64,000 bases of DNA, from contig NW_024704742.1 in assembly GCF_018977255.1 (NCBI RefSeq), positions 108,626,001 through 108,690,000 of the forward strand, in the 5' to 3' direction. Shown here piece by piece: positions 49,624-62,800 of this stretch (position 1 is its first letter; each line of letters begins with the position of its first letter). The position numbers and the translations under genes were made by a program. This DNA is from Callorhinchus milii. Its lineage: Eukaryota. The notes beneath the pieces are model-generated. The model made no database searches. It saw only the letters and a program-made list of their open reading frames with translations, and was not told the DNA's origin.

Positions 49624-50845
49624 CAACAACAACAACAAATTACATTTGTATAGTGCCTTTCATGTCGGGATGACATCCCAAAGCGCTGGACAGTCTGGAA
49701 TTTGGACTCAAGCAGGGAATTGAGATCAGGAGGGGTGGAGGGCAGAGAGGTTAGGGGTTGGAGGGTGGGCAAAGGTGCGGTCGAAGAGGGGGGCCTTGAG
49801 ACGTGCCTTGAAGGAGGCAAGGGAGAGAGCAAGGCAAAGGGACTGTGGGTTGGAGTTCCAAAGGGTGGGGGCAAAGACACTGAAGGCCCGCCCGCTGATG
49901 GTTGGGCGGGCCGGGCAGGGCATGTGGAGCAGGCTGGAGACTGCTGGCAGAGGGAGCGGATAGATTGATATGGCGTTAACAGGTCGTAGAGGTAGGAAGC
50001 AACTAGGCCGTGGAGGGCTTTGAAGGTGAGGATGAGAATTTTGAACTCTATCCTCTGAGGGATGGGGAGCAAGTGTAGCCAGGCGAGGGTAGGGGTAACA
50101 GGGACATGGAGCTTGTTGCGAGGAGGATACAAGCTGCAGAGTTCTGGATGATCTGCAGCTTGTGGAGGGAAGAGTCGGGAAGGCCGACAAGCAGGGCATT
50201 GGTGAAGTCGAGCCTAGATGTGATAAGTGCTTGGATAAGGGTTTCGGCGGCCTGGGGGGGGTGTGGCAGTGGCAGAGCTGGGTGAAGTTGCAGATGTAAG
50301 GGAAGGCAGAGTGGGTCATGGCATGGATGTGGGGTAGAAAGGACAGTTGAGGGTCAAACAAGATGCCAAGGTTCTGGACTGGCTCAGTGAGGTGGAGTGT
50401 GCATCCTTGGATCCTGATGCTCTCAGTGCCTGAGGTGAGGAGGCACTGACGGGATCCAATCAGGAGAGCCTCGGTCTTGATGACATTCAACTGTAGAAAA
50501 TTAGCTCTCATCCAGGATTTGATGTCTGACAGACATTCTGTCAGGACAGCAGTGGTCCTGGAGTCGAGGATGGAGGCAGAGAGATGGAGTTGGGTGTGAT
50601 CCGCATAGATGTGGAAGTTGACCCCATGTCTGCGGATGATGTCACCAAGAGGGAGCATGTTCATGTTGAAGAGGAGGGGACCAAGGACAAAGCCCTGAAG
50701 AATGTCTCAGGAGATGGGTGCGGAGGCTGGAGTAGAAGCCGTTTGTGGAGACAAAGTGGAGACGGTGTGAAAGTTAGGATTTGAACCATTCAAGGACAGA
50801 ACCATGAAGGTTGAGGTGAGGAGAGGTGGTAAAGTGGTCAATGGT
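49624..50845 (-). mobile_element. 5'-truncated L2 with degenerate RT
   Basis: ORF 49726..50664 contains MLPLGDIIRRHGVNFHIYADHTQL (mutated YADD); (GTT)n tail. Confidence 0.92.
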
Positions 50846-51764
50846 GTGAAATATATGCTAACCGTCTAAGTCACTAGCCCCACCTGTTGGGCAATACGTT
50901 TAATGAGAAAACATTACAACCACAGGCCTACTTTCTGGTAGTTTAAGATGTATATCAGGAACATGAAGCAGGAAAATATCCCTTAGTACAAGGATCATAT
51001 CATCTAGTGAAAAGTCACAAGCAATGATGGCATCATGACTACATCTGTCCTTGCACATGTTTACACTTAGATTAAAGAATAAAAAAAAACTGGCAAAAAT
51101 CAAGCCTCAGCAGGTACAACATTTGCTACAGGGCAAATGGCCCAAACTTTGGAGCAGATGTAGACAACTCCCTTAAGACACCAGGCATGCCTAAGCCAGA
51201 AGACTTTTCAGGAGAATACTGTTAATATCAGCATATTCACATTTGTAAGCTTCTAAAATTGCTGCATTTTATGTGTTGAGTTTTTGGTTATTCTGGTCCT
51301 GTTTACATGAAAGCATAGAACTCAATTACTGTAGTAGCTAGCTCTCACCTAATTTTCTCGGATTAGTGCCCAATTAAAATAGTGCCTTGTATTGTAAAAT
51401 AGTGCTGCATTATTCAATAACTAAACAATAGTCTCTGAAAATCAGATAACACAGTAAACTGTATTGTAAATTGTATTGTAAAATATAAAACCTTATGACG
51501 ATATTCCTTTCTCTGTGAAAAATGGGAGCAAAGCTTTTTTTCCCTAAAAATGTGAACTAAACTCAAATTAATTCACACGAGAAATTCTAAGTGTCAAAAA
51601 TGCCTTGAGGAAAAAGTAATAGCTGAAATGAGTGCAGATTGACTAGCACAAAGAAATCATTGTGTCCCCTGGAGCAACTGTTCATTTCACTCAACTCCTG
51701 TCTGAGGGATAGCTTGGCTCAGTTGGTAGCAGTTTGCCTCTGACTCAGAAGTTTGTGTGTTCAG

Positions 51765-52077
51765 TAATAATAATAATAATCCTTGCATTTGATATAGCGC
51801 TTTTCACGTCTTCTAGACGTCTCAAAGTGCTTCACAGAATATACTGTAAAGTGAATTGATTGTATATTTGTAGGCGAAACGGGGCAGCCAATTGCGCACA
51901 GCTGTGTCCTACAAACAGCCGTGGATTGAAAATGACCAATTTATTAATGTTTTGTTTTGGAGGGATTATTATTAGGCGTGTGGAGTAAGGAAACTTGCCC
52001 AAGGTTTCGCCCTCCCTGGAATTGAACCCAGGTGTTTCGCTTGCAAGGCGAGTGCTCTAACCACTGAGCTACAGGTT
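51765..52077 (-). mobile_element. Full-length SINE inserted into the head of an older SINE
   Basis: Same family as 38022; preceded by an older head, agcttggctcagttggtagca (about 51710-51765). Confidence 0.9.
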
Positions 52078-53456
52078 AAAGAACCATGTTGGGACTTGAG
52101 TTATAGTCTGTATTAACACTCCATTGTTGGAGATGTTGTATTTTGAAACAGTTAAGTCACTATTCCTACATATACATCCTATATTTAAACATCTTCTTTA
52201 ATTGACATGCCTCCCAATGTGTAGGGCCTTTTGTGATATATCATAAAATAATATGATCTATTAGTGATTTTTTGGGAAGTGATAATAATAATCCTTGCAT
52301 TTGATTTAGCACCTTATCAGACATCGCAAAGCACTTCAGGAATATACTGTAAAGTGAATTGACTGTATGTTTTGTGAGCAAAACGCAGCAGCAAATTGCG
52401 CACAGCAGTGTCCCACAAACCTTCGTGGATTAAGTGACCACATTTTTTTTTGAAGGAATTGCTGACAAAATACAGCTTTAAAATCAGATATTCTTGTATA
52501 TTTATGTCTTTGTCTCCAACCGTGCTTCTTCCTTGATGTTACTGAATGTACTCCCTATCTCATATCTCATAGTTTGTGCGTGAGCAAGCCACACCTATGA
52601 GTATAGATTAAGATAATACAGGCTTAGGGCCCTTAGGGCAGTCAAGAAGCAGCACATTTGCACAAGTCTAGGTAAGATGGCAGAAATCAAGAAATATTCA
52701 ATCAGGCACATTTATTTTGTTGCTAATTCTGTCTCAATCACTGCTCCAGTCATGATATTCCATATCCTAACTATTCTGCGTGTGAAAACATTCCTCTTAA
52801 CCTCTATTTTGTATCTTTTCATTCCTTGTCACTGTTTCTTTAAGATGCAGTTCGGCTGCTTGAAGAAGGAATGCGGTCTCGCCCTGAAGAATGTCAGAAA
52901 TCTGAAGTAATGGGGAGCGACTGCATCATTCAGGAGTGTCTCTCAGAGCCATCTGGTGTCTGTTTGAGTGACTGCAGAACACTTTTTTTCAATCACTTCA
53001 GAAAAAAAACATCAAATCCATCAATAATAGTGATATTTGCATTTACAGAGTTTTCCTTGAAAGGTAGTAACTGTGTAAGTGAACATGGCAGCCTACTTGA
53101 GCATAGCATTGATCCTCACATAGCACAAAGTGAATAAACAATGTTTTATCTGGGAGATTGTTGGCCAGAATATTACTTTCAAATAGTGCCAAAAGATCTT
53201 GAATGTCCACCTGATTAAGTAATCTAAGAATTAAAACTTTAATGTTAATGAATTACTACCATTTCCATTTCTGAGTTCACATCCTGGTGTAAAAATCACA
53301 AACAAACAAACACTATTTATGTTAACCATTTCAGTTACCAGAGCTCTATAAAAACTCCTTATACCATGGGCTGAGGAAGAAAATTAGTATATTTTCCTTA
53401 CAAAGATCTACATCAATCTTTGTAGATTGATAGGGAAACAATAATGATGATTAAGT

Positions 53457-53528
53457 AGTTAAATGGTGCAATGGTTAGCACTCTGGACTCTGAATCCAGC
53501 GATCAGAGTTCAAATCTTAGTGGAACCT
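53457..53528 (+). pseudogene. tRNA-Gln(CTG) pseudogene
   Basis: 72 nt colinear with vertebrate tRNA-Gln-CTG; anticodon arm CTGGA-CTCTGAA-TCCAG intact. The acceptor stem (AGTTAAA vs TGGAACC) and T-stem (CAGAG/CTTAG) are mispaired and no T4 terminator follows. Confidence 0.85.
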
Positions 53529-53595
53529 TTAGGCTTATGTATTGAAAATGGGATTGAAAAAGTAAACCCCACAACAACACTTAGGATGTGCCAGC

Positions 53596-54238
53596 AATAA
53601 CAAAATTACATTTGTAAAGCGCCTTTCATGTCGGGAGGATGTCCCAAGGCGCTGAACAGTCACAGATCAGGATGAGTGAGGGCAGAGAGGTAGGAGGGTG
53701 GCTGAAGGCACGGTCAAAAAGGAGGGTCTTGAGTAGTACCTTGAAGGAGGCGAGAGGCAGATTGTGGGTTGGAGTTCCAAAGAGAAGAGAGGGGAAGAGA
53801 GGCTGAAAGCCCGGCCACCAATGGTAGGTCGGGTGGGAGGCCTGGAGCAGGCTGGAGCCTGCTGAGCAGAGGGAGCGGACAATTTGATAGGGGGTCAACA
53901 GGTCACTGAGGTAGGAGGGGACAAGGCCTTGGAGGGCCTTGGAAGTGAGGACGAGTTGAATTCTATCCTCAGAGGGATGGGAAGCCAGTGGAGCCAGACA
54001 AGGGTCGGGGTGATGGGGTCACGGAGCCTGGTGCGGGAGAGGACACAAGTTGCAGAGTTCTGGATGATCTGCAGCTTGTGAAGGGGAGAGTTGGGGAGGC
54101 TGACAAGGAGAGAGTTTCCGTAGTCGAGCCTTGAGTGGACGAATGCATGTATGAGGGTTTCGGCGGCCTGAGGGGTGAGGCAGTGGCAGAATCGGGCAAT
54201 GTTGTGGAAGTAGGGGAAGGCAGAGTGGGTCATGGCAA
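53596..54238 (-). mobile_element. L2 3' fragment
   Basis: ORF LIHAFVHSRLDYGNSLL...LHWLPI, a typical L2 ORF2 C-terminus. Confidence 0.9.
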
Positions 54239-56777
54239 ATTCCCGCAAATTTAAATTTCCCATATTTAATGTAGTTTTTCCTGTGCATGATTGATCCTGT
54301 AAAAAGTCAAGCAGAGCATTAAGGTGTGCTAATGTGGGAAAAATCCTGAGAGAAAAACAATTTTGTTGTTTCCAAATTAATAATGGTGACGTATAAAATA
54401 ATGTAGGTTATCTAAATACATTCTTATGAAGGTTGAAGCTTCACTTTTTATCAAGAGGATGACAGACAAAGTAAGCATTGCACTATTTCGGCACCCTTCA
54501 GTACTGTCAGGCCTTGCTGCAATACATTTTCATATTCTCGAACCCCCATGCAAAATGAAAATCAATCATAGACTGCTTGCTGCTGGATCTATTGTAACAT
54601 GGACTTTGAAAATTTTACCTTGTCCTAGACTTTAAGACCAATTTGTCTTCAACTATAATAACACGTCCAATTGTGAAAAATTCTTCAATTCTGACTCAAA
54701 TTGGAAGCCAGTACTTTTTATGAGCTCAGTTAATGCATACTCAGCATTCAAATTAAGATTGAATTTAAGAATTCCCCGTAGTTGTGCATAATCTTAAATT
54801 TTAAGACAAAATTGTCCAAAGATTAAGACTAAGTGAAATTTCAGACTTCCCCTGACCATAGGTTGGGTGGGGCAAAATGAATGGTAAATTCCAGTCTTAG
54901 TAAAAAAGAGTATCTCACTGTCTAAACCTAACAACACCACAGCCTAGCCCAGCATTACCAACACTCCCCAGCACTCTCACCAACTAAACCTATCATTATA
55001 GGGGCAAAAACTACAGATAATCTCAGTTATAAGAATTAATCCAAATTTTTTCTGCAGTTTACGCCTAACTCCAGGAGACTGAAAGAAATGTCAGCACCAG
55101 GCAAATAATTTCCCTTTGAGTTTTTAAAGTTTAGCTTTAAATGGCAGGTTTTCAAATTTCCATTGGAGAATAATGTTGTTGAACTAGTTGTTCAAGAAAC
55201 TTCTGCACAAACTGAAACATGTATAAGACAAATTGCCCTCAAGGCAACAGTTCGTGACATCCAAAAACAAAGTCCAATTTCTGTGGTAAATGCATTTTCC
55301 TCAGTGCAAAGGGACGGATATTTCTAATCAAGTCCTATGCCCACAGTTTGGGAATGCCAACATTTATACAAACGCCAACCTAGTAAACACTGAGCTCAAC
55401 AAAACTAACCTCCCAGAGGAATGAAGTAGTTTTGATAGAAATGATTGAAAAATTGTTTTTGTTTTAAAAAAGGATCATATTAATAATCATTTAAGTATAC
55501 GAAAACCCATTATAATGCAGTGTTTAAGTTTCAGTGTTTCCTTTGCATGCACAGGAAGCTGTGGGCCCACAGGAGACTCCTGTTAAAAGCTCTAGTGCAG
55601 TACTTAATAACAATGTGTCACTTACAACACATGAACAACACATTACTGCTTAAGTAAACAGCCAGTATTCGATAACACAGATATGGCATCGGTGCACATA
55701 CAATGGTCTCAGCTATAAGTTTGCTTTTACATTCACAAACGACTCAAACTGACAGAAAGAAATCGTGAGATACTTTGTCCCTAGCCCTACCCTTATCATT
55801 ATAAGGGTAGGGCTAGAAAATAAAGTGGCCTCCATTTCTTTTATGCTATTATTCTAGTCTCCATACCCTTCCTTCTCAGTACAACATATTCACCAGTCAT
55901 GAATATAATCAGGTGACCTGCTCGCTGGGATGTACAAGTGCTGCTGTCTCTGCAACCAGCTGTTAAGAGGTGGAAAACTGCTGAGTGTTCCTTTCGATGC
56001 TGATTGTTTTCATTAAATGACCAGAATGTTATGGGAGATAAAAATAACATTTGATATAGTGCCTTTCAAGTCATAAGTGTGTCCTAACGTGCTTCTGTAT
56101 ATTGTTAAGAGTATATTGATTGTGTTTTGGGGGCAACACAACCAGTACTAGGAATGAACCACAACATTTACATTTCCTTTTGAGAACAGTATCACACAAA
56201 AGCCACAAAGTATTTCACATTTGCTCAATGTATAGATTTAATTTATACAATAAATGTACATCATCAGTTCAGTTACGTTGGTAACATTCTTGCCTCTTGT
56301 TCAGGTTGTGAGTTCAAACATCATTTGGTCTTGAGCTCACATTCTGGACTGTCTCTATGGTGTAGTATGGGGGTGGGTGGGTTGGTGTGGGGATGGTGGG
56401 TGGTGGCTGCATTGGTGGAGGTGCTGTCTTTCAGAAGAGGATGAAACCAAGATCCTGCCTGCTCGTTTTTGGATGAATGTTAAAATGTCATGAAACAATT
56501 TGAAAAGAGAAGGAAGTTTCTCCTGGTATCCTGGCCAACACCCATTTGAAGACATCACAGGAATTTACATTGAAAAACAGAACAGTACGTTCAACAACAC
56601 ATTTACCAAAAGATGCGGGTCCTATGATTTGCAGTGCAGCAAGGCCAACTTCTATTCTAAAACTTCTGAACGCATGTGCTGAACCTGCAGTATCAACACA
56701 GTGTGAAGCTTCCCGAGTGTTCGGAAGAAATGGCAATTACAAAACATGGGCAGGAAACAGGTCATGGTCACAGTTTA

Positions 56778-56792
56778 CCACCAGGTGGAGAC
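56778..56792 (+). promoter_or_regulatory. CTCF-binding-site-like motif
   Basis: CCACCAGGTGGAGAC closely matches the CTCF core CCASYAGRKGGCRS and lies in non-repetitive sequence. Confidence 0.5.
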
Positions 56793-57199
56793 AGAGATCG
56801 CCGAGATATAAATACACCCCACCCCTTGCCTTCCTCAGGCTGGGAGATGTGCAGGAACCTTTTGGGGACTTAGTGCATGGACAGCTCAGAGCAGGAACTG
56901 AGTGGTGCAGGCTGGAAGATACAGCCAGTCCCAACTTCATGGCACTTAGCGTGGCAAGACTTTTGTGCCGCCTCCCAACTATAGATCATCTCTGTGTTGC
57001 ATGACATCTTGAAAAAATGTTAAACTTCAAAACGGGTTGCCAGATCAATTAAATAAAACACAGTAACGGAAAATTTCACCATGAAACAAGCCATTCAACA
57101 CTTCATATATATGCTCCTACTTTATTTTCAAACTCACACTTTTTTTACTATTTGTTTTATTTCCTAGAGCTTTCCACATATTCCTTGATTTTTTATAGC

Positions 57200-58097
57200 A
57201 GTAATAGTTACATTTGATATAGCGCCTTATCATGTCATTGAGACAACAACGACAACAAAATTATATTTATAGAGCGTCTTTCACGTCGGGAGGACGTCCC
57301 AAAGCGTTGAAGAGTCAGGTGTCGGGGCCCGAGTGTGGGGGAGGGGTGATGTAGGGGTGAGGGAAGGCAGAGAGGTGGGAGGGAGACCAAAGGTACGGTC
57401 GAAGGGAAGGATCTTGAGACCGGCCTTGAAGGAGGCAAGGGAGGAAGTGAGGCGAAGGGACCATGGGATGGAGTTCCAGAGTGTGGGAGGAGAGAGGCTG
57501 AAAGCCCAGCCACCAATGGTAGGGCGGGTCGGGCGGGAGACATGGAGCAGGCCAGAGCCTGATGAACGGAGGAAGCAGGCAGGTTGGTAGGGAGTCAGCA
57601 GGTCAGAGAGGTAGGAGGGGGCAAGGCCATGGGTGGCCTTAAAGGTGAGGACAAGGATTTTGAACTTGATCCTCTGGGGGATGGGGATCCAGTGGAGTCG
57701 GGCGAGGGTGGGAGTAATGGGATCGCGTAGCTGGTGCTGGTGAGAGTACACAAGCTGCAGAGTTTTGGATGATCTGCAGCTTATGAAGGGACAAAGTCTC
57801 AGGTTTGAGACATCTCAAAGCACTTCACAGAATATATTGTAAAGTGGATTGACTGAGTATTTTGTGGGCAAAACACGGCAGCACACAGCAGTGTCTTACA
57901 AACAGTTATTTTTGAGGGATTATTGTTCCCTGGGAAAACGATCCGCTAATCAACTAACAACCGGGTTCCAATTTACTGCGAGGTAAACAGAAGCTTGTGG
58001 AGTAGGGAAACTTGCTTAAGGTTTTGTCCTCCCCAAGAATTGAACACGGGCCCTCTCACTTGCGAGGCAAATGCTCTAATCATTATGCTTCGGGACT
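57200..58097 (-). mobile_element. SINE (extra-segment subfamily) split by an L2 insertion
   Basis: Tail at 57200-57245; body and head at 57805-58097. Confidence 0.85.
57243..57792 (-). mobile_element. L2 3' fragment inserted into a SINE
   Basis: ORF 57281..57751 (LHWIPIPQRIKFKILVLTFKA); flanked by duplicated TTGAGACA at 57238-57245 and 57805-57812. Confidence 0.9.
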
Positions 58098-59399
58098 CTT
58101 ATTGCTGGTGTGCTTACCCAGTTCCTTTTTGAATGATTGTTTTGAACTGCTGAACTGGAGTTCTAGGGAATCTGCCTAAGAGTCATCCATGTACTTAGGA
58201 ACTACTTGTAAATATTTGTGGAACTCTAGATTGCTTACCCCATCAATGTATATGAGTTGATTTTATAGTGGCAGCCACAGAAAAGCAAACTATACCTTGT
58301 TCCTTCACATACTGGATGGACTGCAGGTAAGAATAAAGAATATTATAGCAATTACAATCCGATACCATTTATATAGCACCTTTCAGGTTAGGAGAACATC
58401 CAAAGCGCTTAAATGCCAAAGTGCCAATTGTCTCATTCCATGAACAAATGTGTAAACATACTGAAATAATATAGAAGATCATTCATTAAAGAATGGGACA
58501 AATGTGTCAAATATATTGAGCACCACACAAACTGTCAAAGTGCATTAGTACAGATTAGCCTCCAATGTTATCGAATGCCAGACTGCCTTGTATGTTACTT
58601 TGATTTTTCAGCTCACCGAAGCTGGAAACTAACTAACTAACCACAGGAGACATGTTGAGTGGAAATTTCCAGGTGTGCCTCGGCCTCATCCCATGGTGTT
58701 TCCAGACAGTTTAAAAAGCTCAGTCTATATGCAGTCTATGTAGTCGCAGCAAAATAACCCCATTATCTCACTTATGTAACCTAATTATATGTGGAGTTTC
58801 CTCAATAGAATAAAATAGTTCTGTCAAAACACTTCAATGAAGCTTGTCAATAGAGGTGAAATGGAAAGATTTGAGCTGAAGTAAAAGGATTAAGCCATAT
58901 TTACATCATTCATCATGTATTCAAGCAGTAAGTACCTTTTTCATTCGTTCCTGTTCCTCGCATCCTCTCATCACATGAAATATTTTGTTAACAGTTACCT
59001 ATAATTTGCAGTGTTTCATAACAGTCTCTCTTTTAACCCCCCCACCGCTCCCCCCCCCCCCCCATATGCCTTTCTGAAAGAGACTGATTTACATAGTTAA
59101 TGTGGTAATACTGTAATGCAATATTTTAGACCCGAAAGTATTTCTTATGAAGATAGAACAAAACCAGCAGCAGTTTTGTCTTTTGACTGACGACCTGATG
59201 ACTGGATGTCTCTGTAATTACCTTCAAACTACTTATCAGTCAATCTTGCTAGTAATCTGACGGTAAGCTCTTATTTGATCTGAAATGGCCTGAAGTATGA
59301 TGACTCACAGTTTCATTAACTGGATTTAGGCCTTTCAGAGTGCAGATTAGCATCTTTCAGGTCTGCCATGATCTGTGATAACATATAATAGCCCATTAC

Positions 59400-59770
59400 G
59401 GAGCCCTGTAGCATAACGGTTAGAACACTTGCTCGCAAGCGAGAGGACTTGGGTTTAATTCCTGGGCAGGGAGAAACGTTGGGCCAGTTTCTTTACTCCA
59501 CATGCCTCTGTTTCCCAGCAATAAGTAGGAATACAGCTGCTAGTCAATTGCCGGATCATTTTTCTGGGGGTAATAATCCCTTAAAAAAAATGTAATAATT
59601 TGGTCTCTCAATCCATGACTGTTTGTGGGACACTGCTGTGTGTAATTGACTGCTGCGTTCCGCCCACAAAATATACAGCCAATTCACTTTATAGTATATT
59701 CCGTGAAGCGCTTTGAGAAGACGTAATAAGGCGCTACATCAAATTCAAGGATTAATATTATTATTATTAT
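59400..59770 (+). mobile_element. Full-length SINE, extra-segment subfamily
   Basis: Colinear with 19995-20337. Confidence 0.88.
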
Positions 59771-60256
59771 TCCATCAAAATGTCATTCTCACTGACCTGG
59801 AAAAGAAAGGCTACAGCAGTCACCGCTTCAAACTTTCCTCTCTACTGTGCTGACTCAGTTTGTCTCCATGACAACAAATGTGCACAAGCACTTCAAATTC
59901 TGCATTGGCCTCACAGCTTGGAATCACAATGGAACAAATGGTAGTATATTCTTGTATACATAAAATAAGTGCAATTATCTGTTGAAGTTATACTGTAGGA
60001 AGATAAAGTAACAATGGGTAACAGGGATGAAAATAGTTTTCAAGCTTTTCAAGACAGGCAATACCTGCAACGCTGCCTATTTAATACGGTACACAATAAA
60101 CACAAACTTAATACCAATACTTTATTATGCTTTATTTCATCTGAAATCCTGTGTGATGGTTTTCCGGACATTAAGTCCATGCAGGGACTAGATGATTTGT
60201 TATATAAAGGGAAAATGGGTGATGATGTTGAAGTAAAATCACTAAATGTTTGTGTT

Positions 60257-61050
60257 AACATAACATAACATAACATAACATAACATAACATAACATAACA
60301 TAACATAACATAACATGTAGGAGCAGGAGTAGGCCATTCAACCCTTCGAGCCTGCCCCGCCATTCAATCATGGCTGATCTTCTAATCTAACTCCAGCTAA
60401 TAACCTGACCCTGCCTTATCCCAATATCCCTTAATACCTTTTGCAATAAGAAATCTATCTCTGTCTTGAATATGTTCAAGGACTGAGCATCAACAGCCCT
60501 TTGGGGTTTTTGAGTGAAGAAGTTCTTCCTCAACTCAGTGCGAAAGTGCTGGTCTCTGATTTTAAGGTTGTGACCCCTGGTTTTAGTTTCTCCAACCAGG
60601 GGAAACAATCTCCCACTATCTACTATATCATGCCCTTTGATGATCTTATAGGTTTCTATAAGATCCCCTCTAATTCTTCTATATTCTAGAGAATATAGGC
60701 CCAAATTGGTCAGCCTATCCTCGTAACTCATCCCCTTCATCCCTGGTACTAACCTAGTAAATCTACGCTGCACCCCCTCCAAGGCAAGTACATCCTTCCT
60801 TAAATAAGGAGACCAAAACTGCACACAATATAATCCAGATGTGGTCTCACCAGGGCCCTATACAGTTGCAGCAAGACCTCCCTCCTCTTATACTCTAATC
60901 CTTTCATAATGAATGCTAACATACCGTTCACCTTCCTAATTGCTGCTGCCCCTGCAGACTAACTTTCTGTGATTGGTGTACAAGGACACCCAAGTCCCTC
61001 TGGACACTAACACATTCTAATCTCTCCCCTTCTAAAAAATAACCCGATCT
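60257..61050 (-). mobile_element. 5'-truncated CR1-clade LINE with (TTATG)n tail
   Basis: ORF QFWSPYLRKDVLALEGVQRRFTRLVPGM...RRIRGDLIETYKI is a classic CR1 ORF2 C-terminus; pentamer tail at 60257-60316. Confidence 0.92.
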
Positions 61051-61744
61051 ACATTCCATTCCAACAATCTATCTGGGATTTCCATATATAGGTGAGATGT
61101 ATGGAAATCTCTGCTTGGATGATGCTCCTAAGCATGGTGATGGGTTTCTGCATGTGTCAGACACCTGGCTGACCAAAAAACATTTTTAAAAAAATAAATG
61201 AACAATTTCATCTGAAGAATTTGTGGCCAGGACAACAGGGGAAACACCTTTCTCTTTTCGAGTAGTGGCATGGATCTTTAATATCCACCTGAACAGGGGA
61301 GACGAGTCCTCGATTTAACATCTCATCCAATGGACTTGACTATTATGCAGAATATGGTCAAGTAACCTGGCAATACTCTGTGCCAAAGATCACACATGAA
61401 TTATGAACAATGGGATGGGAGGTGGCTGTAAAGCCATTCACTGTAAAAAGGAAAGTGGAATCAACTATGCTCAGGAGAGGAGAAATTAGGTGAGAGAAAA
61501 ATCATATTGTGAGAAATGAAGACAGGAACAGTGGGCTTGTTTAGGGATAGTAATAAACCTAGATCCTGATGGGAGCAATCACAATTTCACCAGTTATAGG
61601 AAGCGTTGTAGGTACTCCATTGCAAATACTATTTTGGGATAGCATGAGTGAAATAAGTCAGACTCTGAGCTTTACACTATTCTTAGCTATCCTTGGTCTC
61701 CATAGAACAGCAAGCCTGGATGCCAATCTCAATTGCCAACTACG

Positions 61745-61992
61745 TCCCCTTTGGAACTCAACCCCACATTCCCTTCGCCTTGCTCCCTTCCTTGCCTCCT
61801 TCAAAGCACGTCTCAAGACCCTCCACTTTGACCATGCCTTCGGCCACCCTCCTACCCCCCTGCCCTTCACCCTCCTTTATCCCAATCCCTCACCCACCAG
61901 TCCCCCACCCCCGCTCAAATCCAAATCCCTGACTGTCCAGCTCCTTGGGACGTCTTCCCGATGTGAAAGGCGCTATACAAATGTAATTTTGT
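61745..61992 (+). mobile_element. L2 3' fragment
   Basis: Frame LWNSTPHSLRLAPFLASFKARLKTLHFD and an L2 tail. Confidence 0.85.
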
Positions 61993-62424
61993 ATCATATT
62001 GTATGTTAGGAAAGAATATCATGGTCCTGGCTAATATATATACTCTAACAAGATTAAGACTAGAAATGCTACAGGATACAATTTGAAGAAGTTCAATCCT
62101 ACTCTAGATTTAAACTATTTTATGCAACATTTTAGAGTGTCCAGAATTTGGTCAATTCTTAAAGGCAGGCTTAACTTTGAAGCTGGTTTTCTGTAAGTTT
62201 GTTTAAGATGTTGGCACAATGATAAATAGTTGCAATAATGGAAGTAAGGCACAAGAAAATACTAATGTAGGATCTACCGTACACTGATCACTAAAACTAG
62301 CAATCCTTTCACAATTTTATAATAGTAAACATTTGAATTTGATAGAAATGTAAGAGAAACTCCTTTGATGGCTAGAAAATCGTCAGGTACACTAACAGGA
62401 GCTTCCAGCCTAGGATGACAGAAA

Positions 62425-62800
62425 TTTATAGCACAGAAGAAGGCCATTCAGACAATTGTGTCTGTGCCCTTGAGATTAATACCTCCAGTCCCATTTACCT
62501 GCCCTTTCTCAATACCCCTCTGGTCGACACATTTTAAAAAAGTATTTGCCTAGTTTTCTCTTGAAGGCCAATATGGATTTTGCTTATCCACTGATCCAGG
62601 CAGAGCATTCTATATCCTTACTACTTTGTGTAGGAAAAATAATCTTTTAACCATCCCATTTGCTCATTTGCTGTCTTAAATTGATGTTCTCCAGTTACTG
62701 ACTCGATCAGTGGGAATAATTTCTCCCTAATAACTCTATCAAAACCCCTCAGATTTTTAAAGTCCTGTAGCACTATGCATTAAAGTCCCTACTCTAAGTA
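62425..62800 (-). mobile_element. Old CR1 3' fragment
   Basis: atagcacagaagaaggccattc 3' motif and similarity to the CR1 at 60320-60700. Confidence 0.55.

Noticed and set aside
49726..50664. Longest ORF (312 aa) as a functional RT gene
   Set aside because: Truncated L2 with YADD mutated to YADH, and the ORF drifts out of the L2 frame.
56546..57004. 152-aa ORF
   Set aside because: Non-ATG start at the edge of an old SINE and no recognisable domain.
57200..58097. Apparent SINE-L2 chimera
   Set aside because: The SINE tail is present on the far side of the L2 with duplicated TTGAGACA, so the L2 simply inserted into the SINE.
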